DNA of 62,781 bases, filler included. It is 12 parts of 12 records of this genome, joined end to end, with 100 filler letters (N's around TTAATTAATTAA, not from the genome) between each part and the next. Parts side by side here need not be neighbours in the genome. Positions count along the whole stretch, not along the records: positions 19,696 to 23,931 come from SRR7504441_4755; positions 24,032 to 29,005 come from SRR7504441_4757; positions 29,106 to 39,872 come from SRR7504441_4759; 9 more parts are not named here. One strand, written 5' to 3'. How positions within the stretch are numbered: the first letter of the stretch is position 1; each line of letters begins with the position of its first letter. Below are positions 21,327-33,526 of the stretch, in pieces. The notes beneath the pieces are model-generated. The model saw only the letters and a program-made list of their open reading frames with translations. It ran no database searches and was not told where the DNA came from. A program made the position numbers and the translations under genes.

Positions 21327-23906
21327 ATGCAGCTGCTCGCTGTGCTCGCCCTCGCCGCGCTGGCCGCCGGCCGCAGCAGCATCGCACCCACTGGCCAGTC
21401 GTTTGCGATCGCCAACGACTCGTTTGTGCTGGACGGGCGTCAGATGCAGCTGATGAGCTGCTCCTATCACTACTCCCGGAGCACCGCCGACACCTGGGAC
21501 GATCGGCTCGGGCGGCTGGCGGCCATGGGCTGCAACACGATCCAGACCTATGTCCCATGGAACTGGCACGAGCCTGAGCCCGGCGCCTGGGACTTCCAGA
21601 CCGGCGCCCGCAACATCGGTGGCTTCCTGAGGCTCTGCAAGGCGCACGGGCTGCTGGTTATTGTCCGGGCCGGGCCTTACATGTGCGGCGAGTGGGAGTT
21701 TGGCGGATTGCCGTCCTGGCTCATCCAGCAGGATCCGAGTATGAAAGTGCGCACATGGGACAGCGGCTACATTGAGCGGGTGGACAAGTACTTCGGCCAG
21801 CTCATGCCGCAGCTCACACCGCACCTGTACAACACCAATCCGAGTAACGGCAGCGTGATCATGGTGCAGGTCGAGAATGAGTACGGCTCATACGGCGACG
21901 TCTCGACCAACCCGGCAGATAAAAAGTATCTAGAGCACCTGGTCGAGATCGCCTCATCGCTGCTCGGAAACAGCGCTGTGGGCAGATTCGAGGCGGTACA
22001 GCTCTACACGGACGACGGTGGGAACAGCGGGTTCATGACGCGTGGCTCGCTCAAAGGTCCGAGCGTGTACACTGTCGGGGACGGCGGTCCTGGCCCCGAT
22101 GGAGCTCTCTGTGCGGCAATGGCTGAGTTCAATCCGGCGGGGCTCAATCCGTGCCTCGACGACGAGTACTATGCGGGCTGGATCACGCACTGGGGATCGG
22201 CGGTGGCTAACACCTCGACCAAGACTGTTGTCAAGTACCTGGACGACCTGTTGAGCGAGGGGCACTCGGTCTCCATATACATGGGCCACGGGGGCTCAAA
22301 CTTCGGTCCGTTCTCCGGGGCCAACGGTGGTGGCAAGAGCTACCAGTCCACGATCCAATCGTACGATTACAACTCACCGGTTGCTGAAGGCGGTGAGCAC
22401 GGGTACGGCCCCGATGGCGACAAGTATGAAGGCATTCGAGCCGTTTTCAGCAAGTACACCAAGAGGGGCAGTCTCCCCCAGGAGCCTCCATTGGGCCCGC
22501 GATACGCGTATGCTCCTATCAGGCTCAACCAAGCGGCGCCAATGTTAGACCCGGCCAATCTCAGGCTTCTGGGCGGAACGGCGACTATGGCGGATAGGCC
22601 GACGAATATGGAGGCATACGGGCAGCGATACGGGTTTATTCTGTACACGGCGACTATGCCTCCAATGCCCGCACTGGCGGCCGGCGGAGCTGAACAGCGC
22701 ATGCTTGAGATACTAGACTACCCGAGGGACAGGGCACAGGTGTTCGTTGACGGACACGAAGCGTGCCCGGCTATATTCCGACCAACTGCCGCCCCAGTCA
22801 ACCTAAGCCTTGCGCGGAATCGCCGGTTCAACGGGGGTGAGGACGATACGAAGAGACTTTGGAGGCCCGAGGGCGGCGAGCGGCTGGAGCTTCTGGTCGA
22901 GAATATGGGGCGCATGACCTTTGGCAGCGGACTGTGGGATCCGAAGGGCATTACGGAGGCTGTCCAGGTTGACGGCACTACGAATATCACCGGTACTGAT
23001 GCCTGGATGGTGCACAACCTCGACCTTGCCAACTTTACAAAGGGCGTCGCCAACCTGCCTTTCGGGCCTTTGCCGTCGTCCGCTCATCGGGACAACGGCA
23101 GTGCGGGTGGGCCGTACTTTCTGCGAGGCACGTTGCCAATCGCTGCCGGCCGGGTCGGTGATACGTACCTCCTGCTCACGGGCCCCACGTATCGTCGGGG
23201 GTTTGTATGGATCAACGGCTTTTTTCTGGGCCGTTACTGGCCGGATGAGGGCCCTCAGAAGACCATGTATGTGCCGGCTTCGCTGCTCAAACGAGGCGGC
23301 AATGACGTCGTGCTGCTTGAGCTGCATCCCTCGCAGGCGCTTGCACATGCAAGTACTGGTGGCGTGCCGCTGAGGTTTGTGGACGCCCAGGACTTCACCG
23401 GCCTCCCGATGATCTGCGACCCGGACAGCGCAGTTGTTGCTGGCGAGGCGCTTGCTGTGTACAGTTGCGGGGCGGGTGGGGCCCACCAGAGTTGGAAGCT
23501 TGTCAATAGCACGGCGGTCAGCCCTCCAGGAGGGGCGGGGAGGACAGTGGCGACCACTTCAACCAGCTTTCACTTGCAGCTGAAAGATACGTCCTCTCTT
23601 TGTCTTGCCGCCCAGGGAGAGCCGGGTGGAGCGACTGCTTCGCCTGCTGCTATCGTAGTGCCGTGCGATGGCTCGGCGGCGCAAACCTTTTCTTGGGACG
23701 CGGAGTCGAAGCTTTTGACCTTGAGTAACGGCGAAGCTTTGCAACTCACCGCACCGCATGGTCCGAGTGCAGTTTTTGGTGCTGCTCCTGCGGACCCAAA
23801 GAGCGCCCCGGGTGCGCAGTGGTCGCTACTCGATACGCCGTCCCACTTTTACAACCTACAAGTGGAGGACGGCGGGTTGTGTTTGTCAGCATGCGATAAG
23901 CGATGA
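21327..23906 (+). CDS. GH35 beta-galactosidase with signal peptide and C-terminal ricin-B-like lectin
   Basis: TYVPWNWHE, RAGPYMCGEWEFGGLP, VQVENEYG, EYYAGW, SYDYNSP and LGRYWP; C-terminal QxW repeats; intronless. Confidence 0.95.
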   Translation: MQLLAVLALAALAAGRSSIAPTGQSFAIANDSFVLDGRQMQLMSCSYHYSRSTADTWDDRLGRLAAMGCNTIQTYVPWNWHEPEPGAWDFQTGARNIGGFLRLCKAHGLLVIVRAGPYMCGEWEFGGLPSWLIQQDPSMKVRTWDSGYIERVDKYFGQLMPQLTPHLYNTNPSNGSVIMVQVENEYGSYGDVSTNPADKKYLEHLVEIASSLLGNSAVGRFEAVQLYTDDGGNSGFMTRGSLKGPSVYTVGDGGPGPDGALCAAMAEFNPAGLNPCLDDEYYAGWITHWGSAVANTSTKTVVKYLDDLLSEGHSVSIYMGHGGSNFGPFSGANGGGKSYQSTIQSYDYNSPVAEGGEHGYGPDGDKYEGIRAVFSKYTKRGSLPQEPPLGPRYAYAPIRLNQAAPMLDPANLRLLGGTATMADRPTNMEAYGQRYGFILYTATMPPMPALAAGGAEQRMLEILDYPRDRAQVFVDGHEACPAIFRPTAAPVNLSLARNRRFNGGEDDTKRLWRPEGGERLELLVENMGRMTFGSGLWDPKGITEAVQVDGTTNITGTDAWMVHNLDLANFTKGVANLPFGPLPSSAHRDNGSAGGPYFLRGTLPIAAGRVGDTYLLLTGPTYRRGFVWINGFFLGRYWPDEGPQKTMYVPASLLKRGGNDVVLLELHPSQALAHASTGGVPLRFVDAQDFTGLPMICDPDSAVVAGEALAVYSCGAGGAHQSWKLVNSTAVSPPGGAGRTVATTSTSFHLQLKDTSSLCLAAQGEPGGATASPAAIVVPCDGSAAQTFSWDAESKLLTLSNGEALQLTAPHGPSAVFGAAPADPKSAPGAQWSLLDTPSHFYNLQVEDGGLCLSACDKR

Positions 23907-23931
23907 ATACAATTAATATAAAAACGAACAG

Positions 23932-24031
23932 NNNNNNNNNNNNNNNNNNNNNNNNNNNNNNNNNNNNNNNNNNNNTTAATTAATTAANNNNNNNNNNNNN
24001 NNNNNNNNNNNNNNNNNNNNNNNNNNNNNNN
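23932..24031. other. Artificial contig spacer
   Basis: N44-TTAATTAATTAA-N44. Confidence 0.98.
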
Positions 24032-24071
24032 TGCAAACAGATTAAATATCAATTGCGGTGTCCAACATTGA

Positions 24072-27000
24072 TCACATAACTCTACAGCTGCCCATGCCGT
24101 CATTCGCATTCTTTCCGCGGGCGGCCTCTGGTCTTTCCCATTTCGAGCGTTTCACCTGCTTTGTATCCACTGGCGGTGCATTTGTGGGCGGCAACAAACT
24201 ATTAGTAAAGTCGACGCCTCGTCGCTGATAAAATAGAATGTATGCGTGTCTGCTAACCACGCTCGACTCTGAGGTTGCAGTCACTTGGTCGTCATTGAAG
24301 CAGAGCCACATCCCATTAGACTTGACAAATGCGTAGTAGTGTCCACCGCCAAGCACCCCCTGGTGATTCACAACACCGTATAAGTCGTACACGACGTCAT
24401 CCCTCGAGAGGTAGCACGGTACCTGGCCTACAACACCAAACAAACGTCAGCTTCGGCTTTCGGCCTGCTTGTACGCACCCCCTTCCATCCCAGAGGGCAT
24501 CCTTGTTATTCTAGTGTTGACAGCACGCATGGTCGGTGAGTCTGGGATAATATTGTCATCAGCCATGAACTCGGATAGATCAAGACCATTCACTGGGAAC
24601 TCCTGCGAGCAAAGGCATCAAAATTGCGCTCCCTAGGCGGGGGATTGACCACAAGCTGAGTCAGCTTTTGTCGCGAGTGGCCTTGGGTTTTGAATCGCTT
24701 CAGCTGGATCAGGAGGATCGGGGGAACAGCAAATGGTGACAGCTGCTTCTCTTGTGAAGTCTCGGTGTATTCACCCTTGTTCTTCTTTGTACAGTCAGGG
24801 CAATAGGCAGTGACCTTCTCCGAAGCAGTGAATGTTGTCATGCATTCAGCCAGCTGGATGGGCATTAACTCCTTCTCTTTCCGTGCCTCGACGCTGTCAT
24901 GTACCTGCACAAATGGAAATGAGTCACATTGGCACCAACACAGCAGATGCCAGCACCTCGAATCGGCCTGTGGTGCGGTCATTGTAGTGATCATTGAACA
25001 CTGTCATATCCCAGTCTACTGCGATCGTTTCCACATCAGATTCAAACCCCTTGAGCGGCTCCTGATTTGGTGCAATCGGCAGCCCAGTGCATCCTTCCAG
25101 CCAGTTGCCCCACGCGACCCCAGACCGATTCACTCGCACCAGTACAAATGGCCAGGGGGCATCTACATCCACCGGATCGTATTCAGGCACCATATGAATA
25201 CTCTGTTTCCAAACCAGCCAATACAGTGCTTGACCAGTCAGCGCACTTGGCTGCACGCGAAGCACCACAGGCACCCCGAAGAGCACAGGACAACAGGGCT
25301 CCAGCCAATATCTTTGCAGCACCTTCTGCTTCCGATGCACAACAGTAAAAATCAGTGTGGCGTCTTCTGACTCGTCCTCTTCACCTGCAGCAGGATCCAG
25401 CTCTGGATCCGCTGGCTGTGCTTCAAAGCCAGCGAGCAGCTGACATTGGCTCTGCTCATCAGGCAGCAGCTCCGCCACCTGATAAAGATAGAGCGTTGGC
25501 TGTGGTAATCTGGCTACAGGTGTGTGCAGGTCCAAGATGCTCCAAACAGAATTGCGAGTGACATCTGCCGCTACTAGCTCCTCACCACGGAGGGTTGGCG
25601 AATCGGCCAGGGTGGCGTGGGTTGGTATTGACAATTCGTGTATCGCTGCTAGCACATGCCACAAGGTACCATCCTTGGGCACCTCGGCTGAGGCCTGCAG
25701 GGGTACCTCTGAGCGGTCAGCAAAGACAATTATAACATCTAGAAAGGTGGTTGTCGGCGACGGCAGCTCGACTTGCAGCGACGAGAATAAGTCAAACCTG
25801 GCTGACTCAAACTGGCAGTCGGTACATCGCAACGTTGACTTGAACTGGCCCGCAAAGAGCAAAGTCACAACGGACAGTTCTCTTCGCATCCCCAATGCCC
25901 ACCATTCAGCAGCCACCACTGCATCTGGCCTGCCCTTGCTGTCTGGATATTCAACATACGGTTTGACTTTGACCCGGTTCAAATCATCTGAGAGCCCCAT
26001 CATGAAGATGGAGAGCAGCTCCTGTGCGTCCTGCTGCTGCGTTCCCTCAAACATGGCGTTGAATTGGCCTATCGTATCCTTGAAAACCCTTGGGGCGAGG
26101 ACCTTCCCTCGCATTGTCCATAGCTCATTCACCAGCTCCGCAAATGCTACAGCCAGGTGCCCCGCCATCCCAAATTTGGAGGTTGTATTGATGTCATACG
26201 CAAAGTCACCAGAGAGGAAATACTCCCGCAATGGTGGCGTGTGCGACAAGCACTGTAACGCTGAGTTCATGTAGCACGTGTTCCCTGACGCACAGCATGC
26301 TCAGCGTCTATAAGCGGCTGGCCAGTTTACCTAGATTCTGCAGACCAACCACCCCGGCACTCTGACTCCTCTCTGGACTTTTACTGCCAGAAGGACTGCT
26401 ATCTGCTTTCTGTGCTCGCCAGTTGTCGCTTGGCCAGTCTCCCGATAGCAGCTGGACTTCCAGCAACAGTTGATGCCCATCCACTAATCCAAGCTCCTGC
26501 ACTGAGGCATTCTCGTCCTCCTCAAGGCTCAGCATCTGCCACGCACCCTCGTCCTCCGCATCAGCTCCGGAGCGGGCCCACATCTGCACTGTGCCGGTTT
26601 CCAGATCCGACCCAAGGTGTATTAGATTGCATGCCTTGGTTCTAAGCTCGCCAAACTCGAGCATCTTACTCACAAACATGGACACACCCCGTCCAACTAC
26701 CAGTCCCATGGCGGAAGCTCGGAAAACAGACACCACCAGGGGATAAAGCTCCAACTCAGGACGCTGGCCGCCTGTCCTCGAAATGACCTGCAGAACGCCA
26801 ACTGTCAACAGCAGCCTGCTATCAAGCACCTCTCGCCGGATCTCTGGCCCACCACCATACCACCAGTGCAGAGCATTCCAGGCTTGCGAAGTGACCACCT
26901 TGTAATCTTCGCCGTGAGTCAGATTGAGCAGCAGCCGTCCATCGCCCCGTTGTGCCAGCAGCTGTGAGTTGTCTATTTTGGGAGGTGGCTGTGGGTTGGA

Positions 27001-28894
27001 AGAGTTGCGGCTGAGAGCACGAGGCCTGCTTCGCCCAGGCACTGTAGGCGTCTCAGGCTTGGCCGGCTGGCTCGTGTATAGCTCCCACGCCGCCCACCTG
27101 TGCATCTGAGCTTAGGCCGGTTCAACTAGGCGCATTCGGACCATTTTCCTGAAATCAGGTACAGATCCGTTCCAGGGGCGAAGGTGATTGCCTCAGGGTT
27201 GAAATCGGGGCTTGCCCGCTTAATGGTGGCAGCTTCATTCTGTGGATTGCGCGGTTGCACTCTCAACTCTGTGCAGGTAATTTCCCACACCTAAAGCATT
27301 ATCAGGAACCCAAACCAGCGGAAGCAACTGACTGTGTCTAGGAAGGCTACAGCCAGTGGGTGCTCCCGGGCCCAGTCTTTGTACTGTAGCTCATCCAACC
27401 CGTGGCTCTGCGAATCCACCTCCCTGAACGCTTCTTCTAACAGCGCCTCTATCTCGGGAGCCAGAGCCGCCTGCCAGCCCCATGCATCCGGCCCGCGGAT
27501 TGCGTATTGTACCTCAGTTGTGGGACGGCGCTGTCGGGCCTCTTCGGCGCTCCATACACATTGCAACAACTGCGGAGCAACACGTAACAGGGCGACTGAC
27601 ACCAAGCGCTACCTGTTTGAACTCGGCTTTTGACAGGCAACCATCGCCGTCTGTATCAAACACTTGAAAAGCAAAAGCGAGCTTCTCGTCGAAGGAGCTC
27701 TGGCAGCAGATGGCCACCTGGTGCGCCGCTGAGCCCCACGGGGAAGCAGGGCCGGCACCCCCGTCACAAACTCTTCCATGTTGAGTGTCTTTGAGCCGGT
27801 CCGGTCCAGAGCCCCGAACAGCTGACCGGCCTGTCTGCAGCAATCGCCCGCTGGACCACCTGGGTGACCAGCTGCATAGGGAGCCCGTTTCCATTGCTCT
27901 CCGGCCCAAACACCTGGGCGAACGTGGCCAGGTCCAGCACCTTCATCCCTGCCGCCCTGTAAGCCGGCCTGCAGCCGCCCCTCGTACGTGAGCGCTGCTT
28001 GAGTTGTTCGAACACTAGGCACAGGTCCCCCACAGTGTCGGTCGAGAGCTGAGTGGCCTGTCCCTGCCCTGAGCCAGCGCCGTGCTGCAGCCACCTCAGC
28101 CATCCGCTCCTTGGAGAGCGACTGCCGGCTCAGCCTCTTGGTGCTCGCCGATGCCTGGAGCCTGGGCTGGCCGGCGCCGAGCCGGATGCAGCACCTGGGC
28201 CGGCAGGCCAAGGATTGTAGACTCTACCTCAAAGATCCAGTGCACTAGCGGGGCCTGGCCCCTGGCTCGGCCTGCGGCCGCGGGCGGGCGCACTGTGGTG
28301 TGGCATGCTGCCCAACGCATGAACTCCTCGATCGCCAGCGTGTCCCCCTTGACCGAATCCTCAAACGCGACGATCAGGCTCTCGGCATCGGTCCGACCGC
28401 GGGCGTCGGTGCTGTTCCCGAGCTCCTTGAGGAAAGGGGACAGCTCGGATTTGGAAAGCTTGTGGTCCCGCTCGGTGTCGTAGACGTAGAACCTGCGGCT
28501 GAGCTCAACTGGACCGCTGGCCGGGGCCGAGTCACAGCATCCGCAACCGCTGCTCCGGGGTGCCGCACTTGAGCACGCAAAGCCCGCACCTGCACCCGGA
28601 GCAGTGGGCTGGGGCTCGGCGGCCGGGTTACACAAACTCCTCCCAGCCGATGGTCTGGTCGTCGGTGGTGTCAAACGCTTGGAAGATGCCCTCTTGCAGA
28701 AGCGCCGGCATGTTGGGGATGCTGGTCCCGAGGAAGCCTTCACGGAACGACCGGCGGTTCAGGCGGGCCGCCTGCACCGGCCTGCCGTGGCAGAGCCGGC
28801 TGAACCCGGCCTTGAACCGGGCCAGCTCGGCGCGCCCCAGCTTCTGGACGGCGGTTTCATAGTCAAGGATCACCCGCGAAGCGCCCCCACCCAT
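24072..28894 (-). CDS. USP32: USP32-like deubiquitinase (EF-hands, DUSP, USP catalytic domain), multi-exon
   Basis: MGGGASRVILDYE start, EF loops, WWYGGGP, spliced Cys box GLQNLGNTCYMNSALQCL, QQDAQE, His box NHQGVLGGGHY and a C-terminal CaaX (CRVM). Confidence 0.85.
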
Positions 28895-29005
28895 ATGCGG
28901 GCGGTTCTCAGGAGCGCATTGCTCTCAGGGGAGCTTCTGGCTGGTCTCAGCTGCGCTTGCGCTTGCCCCCCGAGGCGCCGCCGCTGTCCCCTGTTGTTGT
29001 TGTTG

Positions 29006-29105
29006 NNNNNNNNNNNNNNNNNNNNNNNNNNNNNNNNNNNNNNNNNNNNTTAATTAATTAANNNNNNNNNNNNNNNNNNNNNNNNNNNNNNNNNNNNNNN
29101 NNNNN
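29006..29105. other. Artificial contig spacer
   Basis: N44-TTAATTAATTAA-N44. Confidence 0.98.
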
Positions 29106-29112
29106 AAGTCTG

Positions 29113-29154
29113 TGTTCCAAAATCCGGAACATTTGTTCCAAAATCCGGAACATT
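29113..29154. repeat. Perfect 2 x 21-nt tandem repeat with an internal inverted repeat
   Basis: TGTTCCAAAATCCGGAACATT twice; TGTTCC/GGAACA arms. Confidence 0.9.
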
Positions 29155-29179
29155 TTGCAACGGCTTTTGGAACATATTC

Positions 29180-30145
29180 ATGGCAACCAGCTTCGGACCA
29201 CTGCTCGCGCTCTTGCTGTGCGGGCTGTGCTCGTGTGCGGCGGCCAACCTGGGGAACGAGTCGAGCCCCTCGAGCAAGATGGACTTCGCCTGGCTGGCGG
29301 AGCTCGCGGCACCCCAGAGTGCTGCGCTCGCCGAGGCGGCCAAGCTCAGCAGCAGGGCCGACGCGCTTGCCGGCGGCCTGTCCGCCCAGTTGGGCCCGGT
29401 TGACGTGGTGGTGAGCGGCGGGGGCAACTTCGACGCGTACTACATGGGGGCGGCTATGGTGCTCAGCCGGCTGCAAGCCCGCGGCCTGCTCAGCCAGCAG
29501 CGGTGGGCCGGAGTGTCGGCCGGTGGAATGATGCCGTTCGAACTGGCGCTCAAGGGCGAGAACAGCACCCTGGCCCAGCACCTGGACTACGGGCTGCTCC
29601 AGCAGCAAAATCCGCTCAGGTTTGACCCCGGCGGGCTGCGATCGGGCGAGCGGCAGGACCACCAGTGGCGGCTGATGGCCGACTGGCAGGCCAGGGCGTA
29701 CCCGCAGCTCTCCCGGCTGGACGGCCGGGTGTTTCTGGGCACCTCGTGCCTCAAGCCGCTGCCCACACTCGTACTCATCTCCAACTACACCTCGCCGGCC
29801 CAGGCTGCCTCTGCATTCATGAGCACCGGAACTGTGTATGAGTGGTACCAAGGCATGGCCTGCTCGGACGGCGGGGCGACCAGCGGCAAGCGGATGACCC
29901 CGCTGTTTCAGGACCGGCTGAGACCGCAGCTGGTGGTCTCAATTCTGCCGTCGGATCACACCGACCAGCCGTCGCACCTGCTGTTCAAGTACAATATGAC
30001 CGAGTGGTCTCAGCTGGTCGAGCAGGGCCAGGACGACGCCGCCAAGTTTTTCAGCTGCGGCCCGACCAAGCCGGAGTGCTCGAGCAAGAGGATAAGCTTT
30101 TGTCCCACAGGCAAGGCTACCAAGGACAATATCTGCCAGCCTTAG
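29180..30145 (+). CDS. Patatin-like phospholipase with signal peptide
   Basis: SGGG, GVSAG and DGG motifs; intronless. Confidence 0.85.
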   Translation: MATSFGPLLALLLCGLCSCAAANLGNESSPSSKMDFAWLAELAAPQSAALAEAAKLSSRADALAGGLSAQLGPVDVVVSGGGNFDAYYMGAAMVLSRLQARGLLSQQRWAGVSAGGMMPFELALKGENSTLAQHLDYGLLQQQNPLRFDPGGLRSGERQDHQWRLMADWQARAYPQLSRLDGRVFLGTSCLKPLPTLVLISNYTSPAQAASAFMSTGTVYEWYQGMACSDGGATSGKRMTPLFQDRLRPQLVVSILPSDHTDQPSHLLFKYNMTEWSQLVEQGQDDAAKFFSCGPTKPECSSKRISFCPTGKATKDNICQP

Positions 30146-30400
30146 AGGGCAACCTTCGCACGAGTGCGAATACGTAGGCACCGCTTAGGCACCGCTCAAT
30201 GCAATGTTCATGCTTAATTATTGAGCATCCGCAAACTGCTTCGTGTGTGCGTGCTCAAAAACTGACATTATCCAGTTGTTCATTAAATGTACTTAACATG
30301 TACTTTAGAATACGCAGCATTTACCTCAACTGATGATCATGATGATGATCATGATGTGTACTCGTACACGACTCGTAATAATTAGCAGTCGACGGGCCTG

Positions 30401-31198
30401 TCATCTACCAGGCGGCGCCAGCGCGTACATCCGGACCTCGTACAGCTCCTCCGGGAAGTGCTGTTGGATCTCGTCCAGCACCAGCCGCCAGCCGGCCTTG
30501 CTGAACAGCTCGCGGTACATCTTATCCGACCGGCAGATGCTGTTGTCATCCGCATCCAGCTGGAAAGTGCTGCAACCGGAGCAGTTATCCTTAAAGTACA
30601 CCAAACCAGTCGGGCTGAGCGCCTGAGCACACCGGTGCAGAAACTCCACAAAGTGCTCGTCGGTCAGGTAGAGCGACACCCACTGCACCCAGATCACCTC
30701 GTAGGGCGGCTCGCCGGGCTGGGGCGCCCAGTCCTGCAGCCCGGCGCAGATGAATCGTCCGTTGGTTTTCCCGGCCAGATTCTGCTCGGCCACTCGCACG
30801 TACTCCTTGTTCTGCTCCAGCAGGTCCACCGCGTCGCAGATCCGGACCAGCAGCCCCTCGGTGATTCTGCCGATCCCGGCACCGCAGTCGAGCGCTCGGG
30901 ACGGGTTGTTTGGGTCCTTAAGAGACTTCTTGCCGGTGGCCTTGGCGATGAATTTCCACGAGCTGGCCAGGTCGACCCCGGTGATCTTGCCGTACCCGCC
31001 GAGCATCCCATCCACGGTGGCGGCCTGCGTGTCCCAGTACTTGTCGGCCCCGGCGTACCAGGCCGCGGCCGACGGATCGTCCTGCGCCAGCACCGACTGC
31101 CAGAACAGCTCCATGTTCGACCACTCCTGCCCGCTCTGGCTGTCCTGACCCACCATCGCCCCTTCGGCTGCCGCGCCGGACGCGCCCGGCTGGCTCAT
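30401..31198 (-). CDS. NTM1: Alpha-N-terminal protein methyltransferase
   Basis: YW...ATVDGMLGGY, ALDCGAGIGRIT, IWVQW..YLTD, KDN, DNSICRS and FPEELYEVRMYAL. Confidence 0.93.
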   Translation of the reverse strand: MSQPGASGAAAEGAMVGQDSQSGQEWSNMELFWQSVLAQDDPSAAAWYAGADKYWDTQAATVDGMLGGYGKITGVDLASSWKFIAKATGKKSLKDPNNPSRALDCGAGIGRITEGLLVRICDAVDLLEQNKEYVRVAEQNLAGKTNGRFICAGLQDWAPQPGEPPYEVIWVQWVSLYLTDEHFVEFLHRCAQALSPTGLVYFKDNCSGCSTFQLDADDNSICRSDKMYRELFSKAGWRLVLDEIQQHFPEELYEVRMYALAPPGR

Positions 31199-31297
31199 GA
31201 ATAAAATAACGGATCTGCAGCTCAGAGCTGCAGCTGCCCACCGGGCAAGGTCCGCCGTGCTGAGGGAGCCCGCCTGCGGGTGCCCAGCGGAGGGAGT

Positions 31298-32017
31298 ATG
31301 CACTCGAGGCGGAGGCGGGGACTGGCCCGGGCAGCGGCGGTGTCCGACCAGCTTTCAGGGGGCCAGCGCCAGCTGCTGCCGCTTTTTGTCGTAGGTGTGG
31401 CCTTCCCAACCTGCAGCTTCGACCTCTCGGTGTTTGAGCCGCGTTACCGGCTGATGATCAAACGCTGCCTCGAGCGCAGTCCGCCCGTGTTCGGGGTAGT
31501 GCCCCCCAGCAGTTCAGAGAGCCAGCTGGGCACGCTGGTCAAGATCGTACAGTCGGACCGGGCGGCAATGGACCGCGGCAATGCGTTCCAGATCTCCACG
31601 GAGGGCGTGTCAGTCTTCCGGGTGCTGCGGCGGTGGCGCGACCCGGCTGGGTACTGGATGGGCACGGTCGTGACGGTCCCGGAGCCGCCAGTCCCGATCG
31701 GGTCCGGAGCGGCGGCGCGGGAGCTTGTGAAGGAGGTCGAGGCTGTTTGCGAGAGCTTGGCTGAGGCCGCAGACAGCCGGGGGCTGGAGCAGCTGCTCGG
31801 GTGGATCAGGCAGGGCAGCGGCGGGGTGCCGGAGGAGGCGCTTGAGGCGAGCTGGTGGCTTGGGGATGTGTTGCTAGGATCGGTGCGAGACAGGATTCAG
31901 TTGCTGGCGGCCGGTGGGGTGATGGCCAGGCTGGAGATGCTGCGAGGGGCGATCGGCCGACTCGCCAGGCGCATCGAGTTGGCTGCTGTCCCTGAGGCCC
32001 AAGACGACATCAACTGA
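31298..32017 (+). CDS. LON substrate-binding (PUA-like) domain protein
   Basis: LPLFVVGVAFP..LSVFEPRYRLMIKRCL..FG. Confidence 0.85.
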   Translation: MHSRRRRGLARAAAVSDQLSGGQRQLLPLFVVGVAFPTCSFDLSVFEPRYRLMIKRCLERSPPVFGVVPPSSSESQLGTLVKIVQSDRAAMDRGNAFQISTEGVSVFRVLRRWRDPAGYWMGTVVTVPEPPVPIGSGAAARELVKEVEAVCESLAEAADSRGLEQLLGWIRQGSGGVPEEALEASWWLGDVLLGSVRDRIQLLAAGGVMARLEMLRGAIGRLARRIELAAVPEAQDDIN

Positions 32018-32299
32018 GCATTGCAAGCGACTTTAGTTACATGACAATCAGTGTCTTGTTACTCGTACTATGTACGTATCCTGATTAATTATTACTAAGA
32101 CATGCGAGTACAGTAATTGCATCTCATAGGATTTGCAACTTGCGTTTATTCCGCATGCGATTATATTGCGTTACAATTGACCACTTGACATTGTGGTTCC
32201 GGTGGCTACGTCCAGATGGGTCACACTCACCAATCGCCACGATCAAACAACATCACGTGCCACCAAAAAAGGGCAAAGCTGCAGCTGCCCTTCGGACAA

Positions 32300-33526
32300 T
32301 TACCACGGATCATCCGATTCCTCGCTATCAACGCCCCCTCGCGCAGCTCGCCGTCGGTTGGCGCTGCAAGTATCCGACACAAACCGCGCAGAAACTTGGC
32401 TCACGCTATGATTCAGCCTGATGTCACACCACAAAAGCGTCTTGTTCCGGCCCATGCCCTTGGCCAGCGCCTTACCGCCGTTCGCCCCGATCTTGCAGTC
32501 GATCATCCTGCGTCCCGACCTTTAGCCGGCACTGGCCGCGCCCGCACCAGATTGACTGCAACGAGGTGGCCTTGGCGAGGGCAGGCCCTATCGTGCACAC
32601 CCCCTGATCTGCCAGCCCGTTCCGGCAGAGCGCCAACATCCGGAGTGACGGGCTCCCCGCAAGCAGCTCGGCAATGGGCTCCGCGGCGGCCCCTGTGATT
32701 GCTGCACATGTGCTGTCAAAGGCGGCCAGTCGACCCGACGCTCACCGTTCTCGCGAAGATCAAGCGCCCGAAGCGTCGGGTGTGCCGCTAGAGCACCACA
32801 CACCGCCGTCGCACCCTGCCACCCAGTCTGAGCCAGCACGCTGCCGGCGAGGCGCACCAGCACAGAGAGGGTGTTCTGCCTTAGATTGAGAGAGACCAGG
32901 TTGGGCAACTGCCTGCCACGACAATAAGCGACCAACCGCACCGCCGGCCGCACCCGGCCTTGAGGTGGGCCGCCAGCGCCTCGCCCCCCGCCCCCGTGAG
33001 CTCGCAGTCCCGCAGCGAGAGGTGGGTTAACGCAAGCGATCCGGCCTCGCTGCAGAACTGGGCCACCCCGGCGTCTCTGAGCATGTTCCACCCGACCTGC
33101 CCCGGCGCTCGGCCAACCGCCAGGCGGCGCGGCCACGTCCAGCCGCTGGAGCTTGGGCAGTCCGCTGCACAGCGTGCCCAGCCCGGCGCCTCGCAGCTCG
33201 TTCTCTGCCAGCACTACCTCTTGCACCCGCTGGTTGCCCTTCACAGCCTGGGCCAGCTCCCCGATCCACGGCCCGTCCTCCAGCCCGTTGCCCTCCAGTT
33301 GCAGGATCACCGTGGACCCCGGACCCGGCCGGCGGCCTGCTGCATCCTTGCAAGCCGCGAGCCGGTCGGACAGCGGCATGGTCCGCTCTCCGCGGAGCAT
33401 GGCCACCGCCACCGTGTGCTGGGCCTCCTCGAGCTCGGCGTACCAAGTCACCTTCTCGAACTGGCCGTCCGGGTGCCACCGGCTCTCCCGCCACTCGGCG
33501 AACGGGACTTCTGCTACCGCCGGCAT
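32300..33526 (-). CDS. RNI-like leucine-rich-repeat protein, multi-exon
   Basis: LQLEGNGL, VVLAENEL, LSLRDCEL, LNLRQNTL, LDLREN and CKIGANGGKALAKG. Confidence 0.8.
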
